This document shows, one piece after another, positions 14,681-53,589 of a stretch of 64,000 bases of DNA. Origin of the DNA: Antedon mediterranea (lineage: Eukaryota; Animalia; Echinodermata). Position 1 is the first letter of the stretch. Every line of letters starts with the position of its first letter. Where the stretch lies: the NCBI RefSeq assembly GCF_964355755.1, contig NC_092671.1, positions 32,994,304 through 33,058,303 of the forward strand. The letters are read 5' to 3'. The notes beneath the pieces are model-generated. The model was given only the letters and a program-made list of their open reading frames with translations. It had not been told where the DNA came from and did no database searches. The translations under genes and the position numbers were made by a program.

Positions 14681-14805
14681 TTTTCTGGCTGTTTACTTTA
14701 TCGTTTTGATTTAGCTTTTCGCTTTTTATTTTTGTATCTCCATTGAGATCCAGCCACTGATACCCACAGCATTGTCATTTTTTTTTCAGTAATTTGCCTT
14801 TGGAT
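14638..14805 (+). repeat. Penelope-like repeat fragment with a minimal hammerhead motif (copy 1)
   Basis: CTGATGA-A-GGGC(TAGTGTT)GCCC-GAAAGCTC; second copy inverted at 36655-36810. Confidence 0.65.
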
Positions 14806-15056
14806 TAATAATAATACATGTTATTGTTTTACAATTCCTGATTGCATCATGAATGTTTTCTAAAGAAAAAAAATTATATTAAACCAAACAAATGCTTTTT
14901 AAAACAATAAACATTTTTATTAATACAAAGTAAATTCTAATTAAATTAACATTTTTATAATCTTATTTCTACAGATTATAGATCTTACAGAAGCAGCCAT
15001 ACTTATGTTGGATATACTGTAAACACGGCTTCATTCAAACGCAATTTACATCAACA

Positions 15057-40676
<25,620 letters not shown>

Positions 40677-41302
40677 ACATTTCAGCAAGTCTAGTGTACA
40701 ACCTGGAAATTTCTGTATATGAAAACCTGGCAACTGATGTGACAAGACCAAAACATGTGTTAAGTTTTAGTTAAATAGATAAGAAGGTTAACATTTGCCA
40801 GTTCCAAATTATATTATTTAATTAATAATTTAAGTAAGCGATTATAAACTACATTCCTTAAGCACTTGGTGTTTGTCAGTATTCGGCAATGTCTGTTTGC
40901 TAAATCAGGTTTAATACAAATTAGTCTTTTCAGATGATTTTCTGAAATCTATTATAATTATGTTTTTTTCTGCCCATATGCCTAAAGATTGTGGTCGGGA
41001 TTCGAGCTTTTAAAGTGTGCTCAGTGCCAGATGGATTGATTTATCTATTTATACATCTCTGTGCTTGTATAGTTGTGTGAGAGTGTTAATAGTTTAGTGT
41101 GGAATGGTGTATTATGTGGAGGGTGTCAGATGGTGACATACAGTAGCAGATCCAGGATTTTGAAATATAAGGGGGGGGGGGAGGGGGTGGAGCAGAGGGC
41201 CTAATAATGGTGATATAAATTGGGGGGTCCTGGGCCTGCATTGGATCCGTCTATGCCATACAGCAAATAAATATATTTTGTTTTTCTGCTCTATGGTTTG
41301 TG

Positions 41303-41335
41303 CAGTGACCTATAAATTATGTAGGTAGGTCCATG
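41303..41335. mobile_element. 33-bp CA..TG hairpin with a near-perfect 7-bp TSD (GTTTGTG/GTTTGAG)
   Basis: Ends CAGTGACCTA and CATGGACCTA (reverse complement). Confidence 0.45.
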
Positions 41336-41916
41336 GTTTGAGTATGCGAAATGTGTTTTTGGTATGTATAGGTGTGTGCAACAGTGACTGTAGCTATTTT
41401 GTGGGTACGTGTGTGTGTGAAGTGAATTGGGATTTGTAGGATAAAAGACTCGCATTAATCATACAGGTTGGGCATTTTAATAATAAAATAAGTTTCCTCT
41501 GTATAAAACAATAATATATCAATCAGTAGTTAAAACGTTGGTTCAAAGTTATGTACATGACTTTACATTTCTGTGCTATGTTGCAAAAAATTCAAATATT
41601 TCAGCTTTGAATTTCATTATTGTTATTTGATTATAAAAATGTCATTCTGTGTGAAATTAGTAATATTTAAATGTTGGTTATTATCAATTTCAGGAAAATG
41701 TGTTATCTGTAAAAAAAATGAATCTAGCTTAGAATCATTGTTTATCAGTCTGTCTGCTTGTCTGCTGGTACTCCAGCTTAAATGCTTTATGGGAAAAAGC
41801 CTTTTTGACGACTACTTTAAAATCCTCAAGTCAAACTTAACAATCTTATTAAGCAGCATTTCTAATTCTTGTTGCAAGCATTTGTTAATATTTTAAATTC
41901 TAAACATTTTATAGTT

Positions 41917-42030
41917 TGATTAAAGTAAGGCAATCATGCCATGATTAAAGTAAGGCAATCATGCCATGATTAAAGTAAGGCAATCATGCCATGATTAAAG
42001 TAAGACAATCATGCCATGATTAAAGTAAGG
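41917..42030. repeat. 25-bp minisatellite ATGATTAAAGTAAGGCAATCATGCC, ~4.5 copies
   Basis: Near-perfect tandem. Confidence 0.95.
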
Positions 42031-44158
42031 TTTTCGGTACACCATTGGTTTCCGAGGAAAGAAAGTTGAGAATTTCTCGACAATTCGGTTGTTATGCAAC
42101 AACGGTCTTCTGAACTAATTTATAGGTTGTGTAATATTAAACAACAGAGAGTACATGACATAGAATTTGTATCACCACCAAACAATAGAGGGCTGTACCA
42201 AATTAGGGAGTGGTATAATATTCTTGTGGATGATCATGTATACTGACATAATTCTGGGCATCTAAAATAGGACCCACTTCACTTGCCAGAACAACAGCGG
42301 ATCTAAAGTAACGCTAAAAAAGGACTTTTTTACCTAACAAGCATTTAATAATTGTCTAACTTGGTTTACCTCATTGAAGCAGACTTTTTGGAGTATTCGA
42401 TTAGGAACTTTGTCCTCAACAACAAAATCTGTTGAGTACTCTGTGAATGGTAAAAATGCAAACATGTTTGTTTGAGTGTACCAGACACTGGTAAAGAAAT
42501 ACTCAATGCAAAATAACAGTAACCAAACAAAAATAACCTAATCGAATACTCCAATCAATGGAATCCATATTGGATGTTGTAAAATTTGATATGTATATAC
42601 ATATATGATCCAGCATATACCTGGACTATCTAAGCAACGAGGTATCCTTATGATACCAATAGAATGCACAGTCACTGAGTAACTATACTGTCTGTTGTTG
42701 ATAGAATTTAAATGCAGGGAAATATTCTGTTTTATGACGTTTAATGTATTCAAAGTGAATTTTGTGTTGACATTTTATTTACAGAAAGTTTTTCAGAAAT
42801 AGGGTTTTATGCATTGAAGAAAAAATAATTCTTGGATATTTTAATTGAGAATTGAATATTACGAACGTTGATTATAGCAAATATACAGCTAGTATTTTAA
42901 CATACAACAATCATTGTTGAATATATAGAGTACTGTATATATAGTTTCTCATAATTATTTTTATTGATCTGTCATTCTAATTCATAATTGTGGTAACATC
43001 ATAATCATGGTATAATATCATACTGAATATTTAAGTATTTAAATTGACAGATTATCATATACTGAATCTATTAAACCTAATTTTAATATTACAGGTGTGA
43101 TAACTTAACACCTGGCTTTAACTCAGGTGTATTTATATATCAAAGGCTGATGTTTAGTAATTAGTGTTCTTTTCTATTGAAATTCTATAGAAACTTTATT
43201 GAGGTACTATCAGAGGTTTCCATTCATATAGTATCAAGGAAAGAAAGGAGATACTAAAATGTTTGAATCCATTGTTGTGCAGTGACCAAGACCCCATTTA
43301 TACTTACAATTGGGTCCTGGGTCGCTCCAGAATATGGTCCAAATTGAATTTTTTGGTTGAGATCCAGCGTGTTTACACTGGCCTTCAACCATTGGTCACG
43401 GTTCACTGCATAAGCCAGCCAAAAAGTAAAATCTGCTCCTTGACCTACATTGAGATATATCGAGGCCCAGAGCCAGCATACATTTGTGGAGTATTTACAC
43501 TTGTCAATTTCCGACCTTAGTTGTAAATGGAGTCCAAGTTACATATTCCAATAGAACCTCAGAGTAGCATAGAACCAAGGTATATACTCATGTAAATCTA
43601 TTGTATGCCATCAATGTAACTAACATGGTTTCACTTTATCTACAATTCACTGTTTTAACTATTGAAGTTGAAACTCTCAGTCTGAACACAACATTAGAAT
43701 TATTATGATTTTACATTATCCATACTTCACAGTGTCAACGTTGAAAATCTCAGTGTGAACACAATGTTGGAATTATTAACTTAACTGTATAGCAAATTCT
43801 ATCAATGTTATAGTTATTTAACACTCATAGCTATGAAATTGTTTACATTTTACATTGCCCATTGTTTTTTTTATATTTTTTATTCATATATGACTTGCCA
43901 TGCCACATTGTATTTTGAATTTATTCATTTAAAGCAAAATTTATATTTAGTAACAATGCTGATAGAATCTTAATTTCTTTGACCAAATATTTTTGAGAAG
44001 GGCAAACATATTTTAGAATATTTGCCCTTTCTATTTTTTTTCTGAAATAAAATAAGTACTTACTGTATTAATATCAATTAAATGAAAGTTGCCTAAAAAT
44101 GTGCAATGATAAAAATGAATTGAAAACTCCATAACTAGAATTTAACTAGAAATTATGC

Positions 44159-44500
44159 AACAGGTAAAAATTAAAACAGGTAAAAATTAAAACAGGTAAA
44201 CATTAAGACTGGTTCGCTTTAACTTGTTTAACACTAACCAGGAGTTAACCCAATGAAAACATACTTTGTTAAAACCTGGTTAGTTAAATTGGGTTAATGT
44301 AATTATGGTTTAATTAACCAGGTTGTTTTAATATGGTTAGTAAACAGGTTAAATCATGGTTAGTTAACCAGATTATTTTTGGTTAGTAATACAGGTTAAT
44401 ACAATCAAGATTAGGTAACCAGGTTGTATTAATTTGGTTAGTAAACAGGTTAATGTAATCATGGTTTGTTAACCAGGTTAATTTGGGTAGTAAAACTTGG
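44159..44500. repeat. 16-bp tandem (x3) followed by degenerate AACCAGGTTAA/GGTTAGT repeats
   Basis: Visible recurring motifs. Confidence 0.6.
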
Positions 44501-46088
44501 TATTGGCAAGTTGTAAGGGGTTAATGAATCAATATTGTATCTGGATATATGTCACCCGTGTGTGCTAAATGCTTTTTGTCCGAGGCCTGTGTGCAATTGT
44601 TGTTTGAGCATTCCATCGGATTGTCTTAACACATTTAAATTAAACAAAAAATATTAAATTTAATTTTAAAGTCTTTCTTAACAACGAAGAAAACACTTTT
44701 TGTAAATTTTCTTCTAATTATTGTAAAAAGACAATGTTGGTCTTTGTAAAACTGTTTTATTTATAAATCGCTAAAGGTGTTTAAAACAAAAAACGAGTGT
44801 TACCGTACCAAATGATTCCCAAATCCTTTTAAATCTTGTATCCCATGTAAAACTATTAATGTGAACTTTTTATCCCCTTCATGTGAAGTTACTCGTTTTT
44901 ATTGTACCCTGTTTGAATAGTTTTAACAGCCTGGTGGTCACATTAATTTTTCACAAAATTTGTTCTGTCAAATATAGTGTGATTTATGAAGTATGTTATT
45001 GTAATATAGACAAAATAAAAAAATATACATATCTAAAGTTGTCTTATTTGTCATTATTGGATGGTTGAAGTTCACACGTATAAGACCCTGTGATGGGGAT
45101 TTTTTTTTTGGCATTCTATAATGGTATACTCTATCAGAAAAACCCCCAAAAAAATTGTCCTATACTTTTTCCCCGCAAATGTGTATATTAATTGTTCTGC
45201 ACCCAGGCTGTACGACAGCTACATACCCACATCTACCCCACTAATGCCAGAGACTAACTCCAGTGATGCTTGATTTTTTTTAATGTATCAGCATTTTAAA
45301 TTTGATTGCTGATAAAATAATTTATTCAGCTCTTGTATCTGAAAGCATGTGAATTGTAAACAATGGCTGAAAACATTGTGCGTGTACAACTTGCATTTTA
45401 ACCACACCAGTTTTAAGCTGTACGTTGTACTGCATAATACTGTACTTTAGTCCAGGCAAATCGCAAGCAGAGACGAGACCTCTCCCGCTAGAACACACTT
45501 AGAAAAATGTTAATGGCGTCTTTGCTTTCAATACATCTTGATAACAGAGACTATCCTACTGTAGGTTCTGGGCTGGTTTCCATTGAAAAATGTGCAATGG
45601 AAAATGTCCCAGGGAGAAACCAGCCTGCTCCACCCCACTACTGTACTGTATAAATGACATAATATTGAAAGGTTAGTGGGGGTCTATGTTTGTAAGTAAT
45701 ATTGAAAACAAAAGGCTCCACCTAAAACACAATATTGAGAATTTTTAGTAGGAATCTCCGTTTTCATAATTTCACAGAAACACTTGTTTAATGCACCGCT
45801 TGATTGACTGACCCACTAATTTGATTTGTCACTTAGTTGGGCGTACTGTTTTTTTTACCATACTGCTTTTAATGGGCCGTTTGTATAATGGATCGCGCGG
45901 CCACTCACTTGCTCGTAAAGTAATTGTTTAAATTTAATATGTATTATTATTCTTGTTTGTTGTCCTTTTTTATTTTTAAAAAGTATTTAAAATGTACAGT
46001 ATGTATGTATGTTGTAAGTAAGACCTACCAGCATCTTATACCCTGAGCTATAGACTATATGCACTGTTTTATTCTATTAATATACAAC

Positions 46089-46740
46089 ATGCTGATGATA
46101 AGCAAGTTCGTGTTATTTTCTGGTGCGTTCCTCGTACAGTGTCTACTGCGTTTTCAATATGCATGAGTAACCTTGACGACGTTCAGATCATACATGAGCC
46201 GTATGTGTCTGCGTTCATCCGTGGACCAGAGAAGTTCCCGCCATCAGTAGATTTTGCAAAAAATCATGAGAAAATTATAGCTAAAACAAGTCAGGTTGAC
46301 TTAGGATTTGATGCTGGTTGGGAAACAAACAAGGCAACATACAAGTTCATAAAAGAGAATGTGTTGATGGCAGAATATCCAGACAAGAAAGTTGTGTTTG
46401 TCAAAGATATGTCATGCGGTATTGCATGGAAGCTGCACATGTTGCCAAAAGGTTACCGCCATGTATTCTCTTGATTCGTAATCCATTAAAGGTTTTCTTA
46501 TCTTGGAAAAAAGTGTTAGAAAAATTGGGAAAGGTACATAAATGTGAATATCCGTTGGAAAACAATAACAATCTTATTTCAGAAAAGTATTTTTTTGGAG
46601 AAAGTTTCCAACTCTACGAGCATCTTGTAAAAACTGGAATCACAATTGCCAGTTCGATTGTTCTATGAATGGAAGGAAGAGTCTTTAATATAGTGCTTAC
46701 CACAAGCGATACTGGTTCCTGACTGCAGGCCTAACTTCTA
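46089..46740 (+). pseudogene. Intronless sulfotransferase-like (P-loop, Sulfotransfer_5 type) pseudogene
   Basis: Motifs VIFWCVPRTVSTAF, IIHEPY, VFVKDM and HVF/LIRNP. ATG46089 is out of frame with the following ADDKQ; frameshift at ~46468; the 3' part is broken. Confidence 0.75.
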
Positions 46741-46868
46741 ACAAAGTATATTGTCGTTGTACTAATAACTTTCCATAAAAAGACTATTACATGCCAATGG
46801 TTGACAGTATCATGGCTATTAACCAATCAGATGGCATGAATTTAAACATGCAATAGACACATACACTA

Positions 46869-47115
46869 CAGTAGAACCCCTATTAAGGGGACACTTAGTT
46901 TGTCCTTTAACGTTAAACCTTCATTTTGTTTCATAGGAATGTGTTATCTCAAATAAAATCGAACCTCACTGTTTCGTTTTCATGAAATCAATATGAACAT
47001 AGTCAAATGTCAATATGATTTGCCGGAGCCGGATAAGAACCGGAGCCAGTGTAAATGACCTTAAGCAGAGGTGTTCCCTAAATCGAAGTGAAGTCCCAAA
47101 GGAGGGATTCTGCTG
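46869..47115. mobile_element. pogo/Tc1-like MITE (TA|CAGTAGAACCCCTATTAAGGGGACAC...CTG|TA)
   Basis: Same terminus family as 20296. Confidence 0.55.
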
Positions 47116-47243
47116 TATTATTAATATGATTTGGTTAACTATTGGTAAGAAATGATATGCACGTATATATCATGCAATGAAGTGTAATGGAATGGCTTTA
47201 AAAAATAAACAAAAACACAGTACTTAATAGCTTGGCAAAGTCA

Positions 47244-47249
47244 TTTATT
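47244..47249 (-). promoter_or_regulatory. Candidate poly(A) signal of the IKZF gene (would imply a ~4.6 kb 3'UTR)
   Basis: Minus-strand AATAAA followed ~25 nt later by a GT/T-rich tract (tgtgttttttgtttatttttt). Confidence 0.35.
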
Positions 47250-50022
47250 TTCTGAAATTAAAAAAGGCACAATAAAAGGAATCAAGAGTTCGGGGGGCTG
47301 GTGAGCAGTCAACTGCGTCACAATCTCATTCCCCTTGGTCCTGCCAATTAAACAGATTGCTTTGCTACACAACTTTCACACTAATTAGCAATACTCAGAG
47401 TAAGTCTATTCAAGGTGTACGCTTGATATCTACATGCACTCATTTAGATGCTTTGATGACAGCAACTTATATTAAAAAACATTTACTATGCTCACATTTT
47501 TATGATATTACTATTATTTTTAAAGAAAGGCTTATATGCGAAATAAACTATAGTCATCGAACCTCAAAGAGAAAGCAAAGGAAAATATTAAGTCAAGGTA
47601 ATAATGTTTAAAACATAGTAATTAATCATTACAATTATGCAATGATTATGATGAAAATGCTATGTTGATATAATTATGGTGATGATGATAATGTTGATAA
47701 ATAGTATACAAATAATGATTGAATGTTTACGAGTTGAAATAGTGAGAATATTTCATAAGTTGAAAGATTGACTGCATGATCTATTTAACGAGGCACGTTG
47801 AATAGAGAAGTCAATATTTCATCGAATGAAATATTCTCTCCATTCAACAAATACATAACATTCATTATTTGTTTTATAACACACCTACTGTTCTAAATTT
47901 TAATCTAAAACTTTTATTCAATTTATCCATCGTAAATCATTGATGAAGGCTAGGCAATTAAAAAAGCAGGGCTCCAATTTTGGACGCGCACAGTAGACCA
48001 GTTATAGGCGATGCGCACTATAGGTCGATTTTTGTATGCGGATCACTCAACAACCTCACATGGCAAAAATGATGTATTAGAGCCCATTATCAACATTAGA
48101 CACTTTTCTCTTTTAGATAGAACTAATACTAAAGAGCATGTGATGGATAATTAACCAAATAAATTGCAAAGATACAATCAGGTGTGTTATAATATAACAT
48201 ATGTATACAACAATATTAATATTAAATGAAGAAGTAATTAAAAAGTAGCATCACATTATTAATTTATATTTAGCATTCTAATAATCAAGACATATATAAT
48301 AATAATAATCAAGTAATAAACAAATTCAAGGCAATTCAGTTAATGCTCACTTAATATTAAATTCACTCAATAAAGTAAATATATAGATGATCCAAACAGT
48401 GATAAAATAGATGCAGTATAGTAATAACATAAATAGATTTTACAAAGATCGCCCTCTATAAATTCTTTCATCATCATCATCAATTTGGTTGCAACCACTT
48501 TCACTATCAAATAAAACAGTACGAAACAATGTTACAACCCATTTGCATATAACTATACAGCTTTCTTCGCTGTATGTTTTAACCAATCAAAAGCTTTGAT
48601 GAAAGGCGAGACATCACAAATTTTATTTGTGAAATTTTTAAAACTCAAAGCTATAATTTACAACAGTGCCAACAAACTTGACTTCAAATATTGCTAAAAT
48701 TATTTAATAATTCTGGGTACATAAAGTAACAGTCTAATAAAGGGTCATCTCAAAATTACTCTATTCCATTTACTGCAGTAATGATAATTTTTACGTACGA
48801 TTTTAATTTCAATGTCAGCAATTTGGGTTAGTCACTGCAATACACGGTGTGTGCGATTACACAAAAACGTTTGCTAAATTTTTGCATAAATATGTTAATC
48901 AGTAAACAAAGTGTAGTTACTGCAGTAACTGCAGTAGAATAGTTTAAACGATAATAAAACCCATGATCACAAAAACAAATTAATTTGAAACATCAACCAA
49001 TAGCATTAATAAATATATAGATTACATTACTATGTGCATAATTTAACAACAAGGTTTGTCTTCTGGTGACGGACGCTTATCAAACATTTTAAAATGCTAA
49101 AAATACCGAAACAAATAATTCCCAAATTGCACGTGGTTGCAAATCATCTTAAACGAATTGACAAAAAATATTTGGTAAGCAAAAAATGCGTTTTGAACAC
49201 ATGCTCTACACATCAATAAGAACAGTGCCAAGTAATTAACATATATTTTATTAAAATATCAAAGCGGGAGTACTGTGCCAATTTCTACTTAAACTTCAAT
49301 TGAAAATAATTTAAAATCTATCGTGATCCACGATCAAAATTCACCACATATTGTCGTAACTCAAAAATCATTATCAAAAATACATAAAATATATCTTTTT
49401 TTATCCTAATCACTTCACAGCAAACATATGGCTAAAATGCCAAACATATCTGGGTAAAATAATTTTAAAATAGTGTACAGTAATTGGGTTACTTAATTGG
49501 AATATCATGGCAACCATTCATAAAATGGCAGCCATAGTTGTTTAATCTGTTTTACTTAGGAATATTCACTGAACCAAATAGACTACATTATTATTAGGCT
49601 TTTCTTTTGCTTGCCAGCATACAAATTAATATATACATTTAAATACATATTTTCAATTATTATTATTATCTCACTTGTTTACTGTAAATGACATATTTTG
49701 TGTAACCTTTTAACGGATTGGAAAATTGCATAATTGAAGCAAAATAGTTGCATTATGTATCAAAACATGGACTAAACAAAATACCACAATTACCACAATG
49801 TACGAGAGGGACAGCGAGGTAGTAGTAGTGAATGACTGTACAGGCTAGGACCACTTTGCAAGAAAACAACTGTTGGTGGTGCACAATCCCCTGCATCAGT
49901 ATGGCAATCGTGTAGTTTTACAAAAAGATGTAGCCAAGATCAGTAGGGTTTGAACGAATCTCCTTTAAACTACAGACCAGCAGCAAAAATACTTTAAGAC
50001 GATGCAGTTACTATCATGGTAC

Positions 50023-50150
50023 GATCAATCATGTAATTGTGATAAAGAGCTTTTTGTGTTACTATATGCTTAAACACCATACACATCAATCATGTAATTG
50101 TGATAAAGAGCTTTTTGTGTTACTATGCTTAAACACCATACACATCAATC
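50023..50150. repeat. ~60-bp tandem duplication
   Basis: atcaatcatgtaattgtgataaagagctttttgtgttacta(ta)tgcttaaacaccatacac x2. Confidence 0.92.
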
Positions 50151-51086
50151 TCAAGAAGCAAGATTCCTAGCTGGCATTTGTATTTCTATTTATGCTCTGC
50201 CCAGAACACTTGCTAGAAATAAGGTGGTACTGCATCACTATTACCAGATGTCTGCTGTTGTAAACATACAAGGCACAGCTGAGAAATACAATATTACAAT
50301 ATTTTCACTTATATTATAATTATTACATAATATAGCATTTAGTACTTATAAAGCTTTTTAGAGGTGGACATTACTTTTAACAAGGCTATACATTACTAGA
50401 TTGAGTACTACATCTTGGTCATGTGACACATTCCTTAACATTCATAAACATTTAGTGAACATCTCTTGGGGGTCTGGGTGTATGATTAATATATTATTTC
50501 AAATTTTCAAAAACATTTAATTTCCTGATATTGCTTACCAATGTTAATATTGTAATTTGATTATTTAGTTGACGAAGTAATACAATTTAAAATTTAATTC
50601 TAAAAGACAATATGCCAACAAATGGCATTACCAGTGGTCGATAAGGTTGTCATCCCAAGCTCTTCCCGAACAAAAACTTCCCATAATCCCAAGCAATAGA
50701 CTATAATAGTGAGTCTTGTTTATTTGATATATTTCTATATATTGTTCATATATAAACTTTGTGTATCTCTATATACTGTACATTAGTTAACATATTATTT
50801 TGTGGGTCTTTGGCTATTGTAAGGCATTTTCTTAAATAAAAATTGCAGGATGGATTTAAAGGTCAAAGGTTACAGCATTCTTCATCCTCATTAGCATATT
50901 CATATGCATGCACTTACAATATTCAGCATATATGCACTGATCAAGGTGGGGGTACGTAAGGATGAAAAGCCTAGCAAGTTATGCACAAACAACCCTTTAA
51001 ATCTAGGCAGAAAAACACCAGAAGCCTGAGACAGTATAGGCCTATAATACCATGTGGTATACATACCTTTATTGATATCATCATAA

Positions 51087-51325
51087 CAATTATGACATCA
51101 CTGGAACACTTATGACATCACAAATACACCTGTGACATATTTAGAACACAAATAATACCAATCTCAAACGATGTGATTTACTAGAAACCAATGATGTTCC
51201 CAAATCCTTGGCGACATCTAATCACAACAACAATTATGACATCACAGAAACACTTACGACATCACAGGAACACTTATGACATCAAAAGAAAACTCATGAC
51301 ATCAAAAGAAAACTCATGACATCAT
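51087..51325. repeat. Degenerate 20-bp repeat (TATGACATCACAGGAACACT)
   Basis: Recurrent TGACATCA at 20-nt spacing. Confidence 0.75.
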
Positions 51326-51870
51326 CACTATAATGGTAACATTAGAGTCACCAGTCAAAAACTACACTGCATTCTTATCACTTTAAAATATCTATGTAAG
51401 TAGTTGGAAAAAATAAATATTATTCTTGCAATAATACTACTTCCTCCACCTGCTCTTTAAACAAATCGTTTATCCATAAACTGTGAATATTTTGACCGTT
51501 AGAAAACTAAATCTGCATCAACATTATATATACACACACATGCCAGATCTGAAGCTATAAGATTACTGCTATGCATTCTCTTATTTTACATTATGTAACA
51601 ACCTAACCATGTATACCGTGTACATATTTATATAGCCATATCCATATAAATATATTATATATCTATATACTTTAAATGTATATAATTAAAATATATACAT
51701 ACTTTAATGTATATAATCACATATCATAATCATGTATAAATTAAATATATACATATATATATAATATATGTGTATATAATCAAATATTTTGTATATATTA
51801 TTATATACATATTTGAAACATCTTTGGAAAATACGCTACGTTATAATAAAGCCTCTACAATATGCTGACA

Positions 51871-52635
51871 TCAAAAATGCTTTCCTCGTGCCAAATGCGA
51901 GGCAAACTCATATCTGTCCTTGCATTTGTATCCACATATATTGCACTCAAAGGGCTCCCGGAAACCATGGCAACCCATGTGTATGGTGTACATCACATGA
52001 TCAAGGAATATGATTTGACAATGGACACATTTAAAACTAGTTGAGATATTCAGATCTTCATTGCATTTTGTGCAAAGACGCGAACAGTCTTCCGATATCG
52101 ATTCATGACGGATCTCTCTCCTTTGCGGTACAGTTAACTCAGTAGAGGGCGATAGAATTATGCTGTGAGGTTCTTTGTCGTGCTTTTCAGAATTTCGTAG
52201 CCTGCTAATTACACGATTACGGTCGTAGTGTAACGCGGAGAGGTGCAGCGGCAAAGAATGCGAAGATTCCATTTCGCTGTGTAGACTTCCATTATCCATA
52301 TCGCTAATATCACTGTGCGTTTCGTGAGACTCACGAGCACTGCGATGCTGCGTCAGGGAGATCGGTCCACGAGACATGAAATCTCGGGTTCTATTTAGAT
52401 CAATTGTCCGGGTGTTTGTTTCTTTCGGTGGTGCTTCACGATCGTTATATCGCCTGTCAGTCTCGTTGTGGTGGAGCGACGTTACATGGTTATCTTGACC
52501 AGCTTGTGAGAATATTGACGTGATTGTGGGTGTATAAGCAGCTGTCAATGAGGACATCACCTTCTGCACTGGACTCACACTTTCTGGACTGTGTCCATAC
52601 ATCTGCATCACATTGTTGAGGGCACTTTCTAACCC
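51871..52635 (-). CDS. Ikaros-family (IKZF) zinc-finger protein, terminal exon with the two C-terminal dimerisation C2H2 fingers
   Basis: [53 protein letters not shown] closely matches Ikaros ZF5-6; [10 protein letters not shown] resembles AINNAINYLG; minus-strand acceptor ttctttgtcttttag|GGG in phase 0. Upstream exons were not found in this window. Confidence 0.93.
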   Translation of the reverse strand, partial: GLESALNNVMQMYGHSPESVSPVQKVMSSLTAAYTPTITSIFSQAGQDNHVTSLHHNETDRRYNDREAPPKETNTRTIDLNRTRDFMSRGPISLTQHRSARESHETHSDISDMDNGSLHSEMESSHSLPLHLSALHYDRNRVISRLRNSEKHDKEPHSIILSPSTELTVPQRREIRHESISEDCSRLCTKCNEDLNISTSFKCVHCQIIFLDHVMYTIHMGCHGFREPFECNICGYKCKDRYEFASHLARGKHF

Positions 52636-53147
52636 CTAAAAGACAAAGAAAATGAATACTTGAATACTCTAGTCCAACCCAACACCATTAGCCATAAGAT
52701 TTTAGTATTACAAAATGTTTCAGAAAAACAAACTGGTTGAAATGCTGCTTTACATTATTAACAACAGAGTGTCCCTTTAATAGGGTTGTGTGTTGAATAC
52801 GGGTTGGCTGTAGTCTTAATTCTTTTGAAAAATTTTGTCAACAGTAACAATATAAGAATACAAAATATAAGTCACAGTTTATAAAATGTGAATGCCTAGT
52901 TAAAGAGACATTGTCTCTATAGCGCCATCTATAGAAGGAGAAATTAACAACTTGCATAAATATTTATTAATTCTTTGAAAATGATAATTCATAGAAATGG
53001 ATAGTGTAATTATCTGTACTACACGCAACCTCACACGGGATATGTTTGTTGGTCACAATTGCATTCTCTACAACTCAACTAAAAACACCACTTATTTATA
53101 AAGATTCCAAAATATCTTCTGAAATACAGAATCTCTGTTAATATCTA

Positions 53148-53288
53148 AAGCTCTGTCAACACTATCAAACTTTGTGACAAAAAAATGTGATGTGCACATA
53201 TATGGACACGATGTTTAGGCATATAACACCATATTTGGGAACATCAAACTTTTTTTGTCAAACAAGTTTGATAGTGTAGACAGAGCTT
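53148..53288. mobile_element. MITE with TIR AAGCTCTGTC(A/T)ACACTATCAAACT; further copies at ~56120-56243 and, partial, ~34685-34755
   Basis: Inverted ends, TA flanks, and shared interior (catatatgga, catcaca). Confidence 0.82.
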
Positions 53289-53290
53289 TA

Positions 53291-53442
53291 GGCTTGATTC
53301 CCACTTGATTTCCACATGAAACAACGTATGCAAGTGAGTTGACAAATTCCAAGCGACAGTCCGGGTGATCCACTGCGTTTTGATTCGTCAAATTACTTGC
53401 AGTGCGGTTACGTCTTGCATTGCATTTAAGTGGGAACAAGCT
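53291..53442. mobile_element. MITE with TIR GCTTG(A)TTCCCACTT, abutting the previous MITE
   Basis: Inverted ends; related to 14334-14515. Confidence 0.65.
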
Positions 53443-53589
53443 TAAACTGTAGGAAATACCAGAGATTTCCAAGAACTATTATTTTAAACAGGATATCTGC
53501 CAGTCAATTTTAAAAATAACAATGTAAATTAGATTAAACACAAGTGATCTTTTATTAAAATGATGATTAATTTTCATGATTCGTAAATT

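Noticed and set aside
41917-42030. 25-bp repeats as CRISPR direct repeats
   Set aside because: No spacers and no cas genes.
44208-44500. Interstitial telomere array
   Set aside because: GGTTAA/GGTTAG motifs occur in both orientations and never form (TTAGGG)n.
51789-52044. Plus-strand Cys/His-rich ORFs
   Set aside because: Antisense shadows of the IKZF zinc fingers.
53215-53472. Candidate upstream IKZF exon
   Set aside because: It spans two MITEs and shows no Ikaros similarity.
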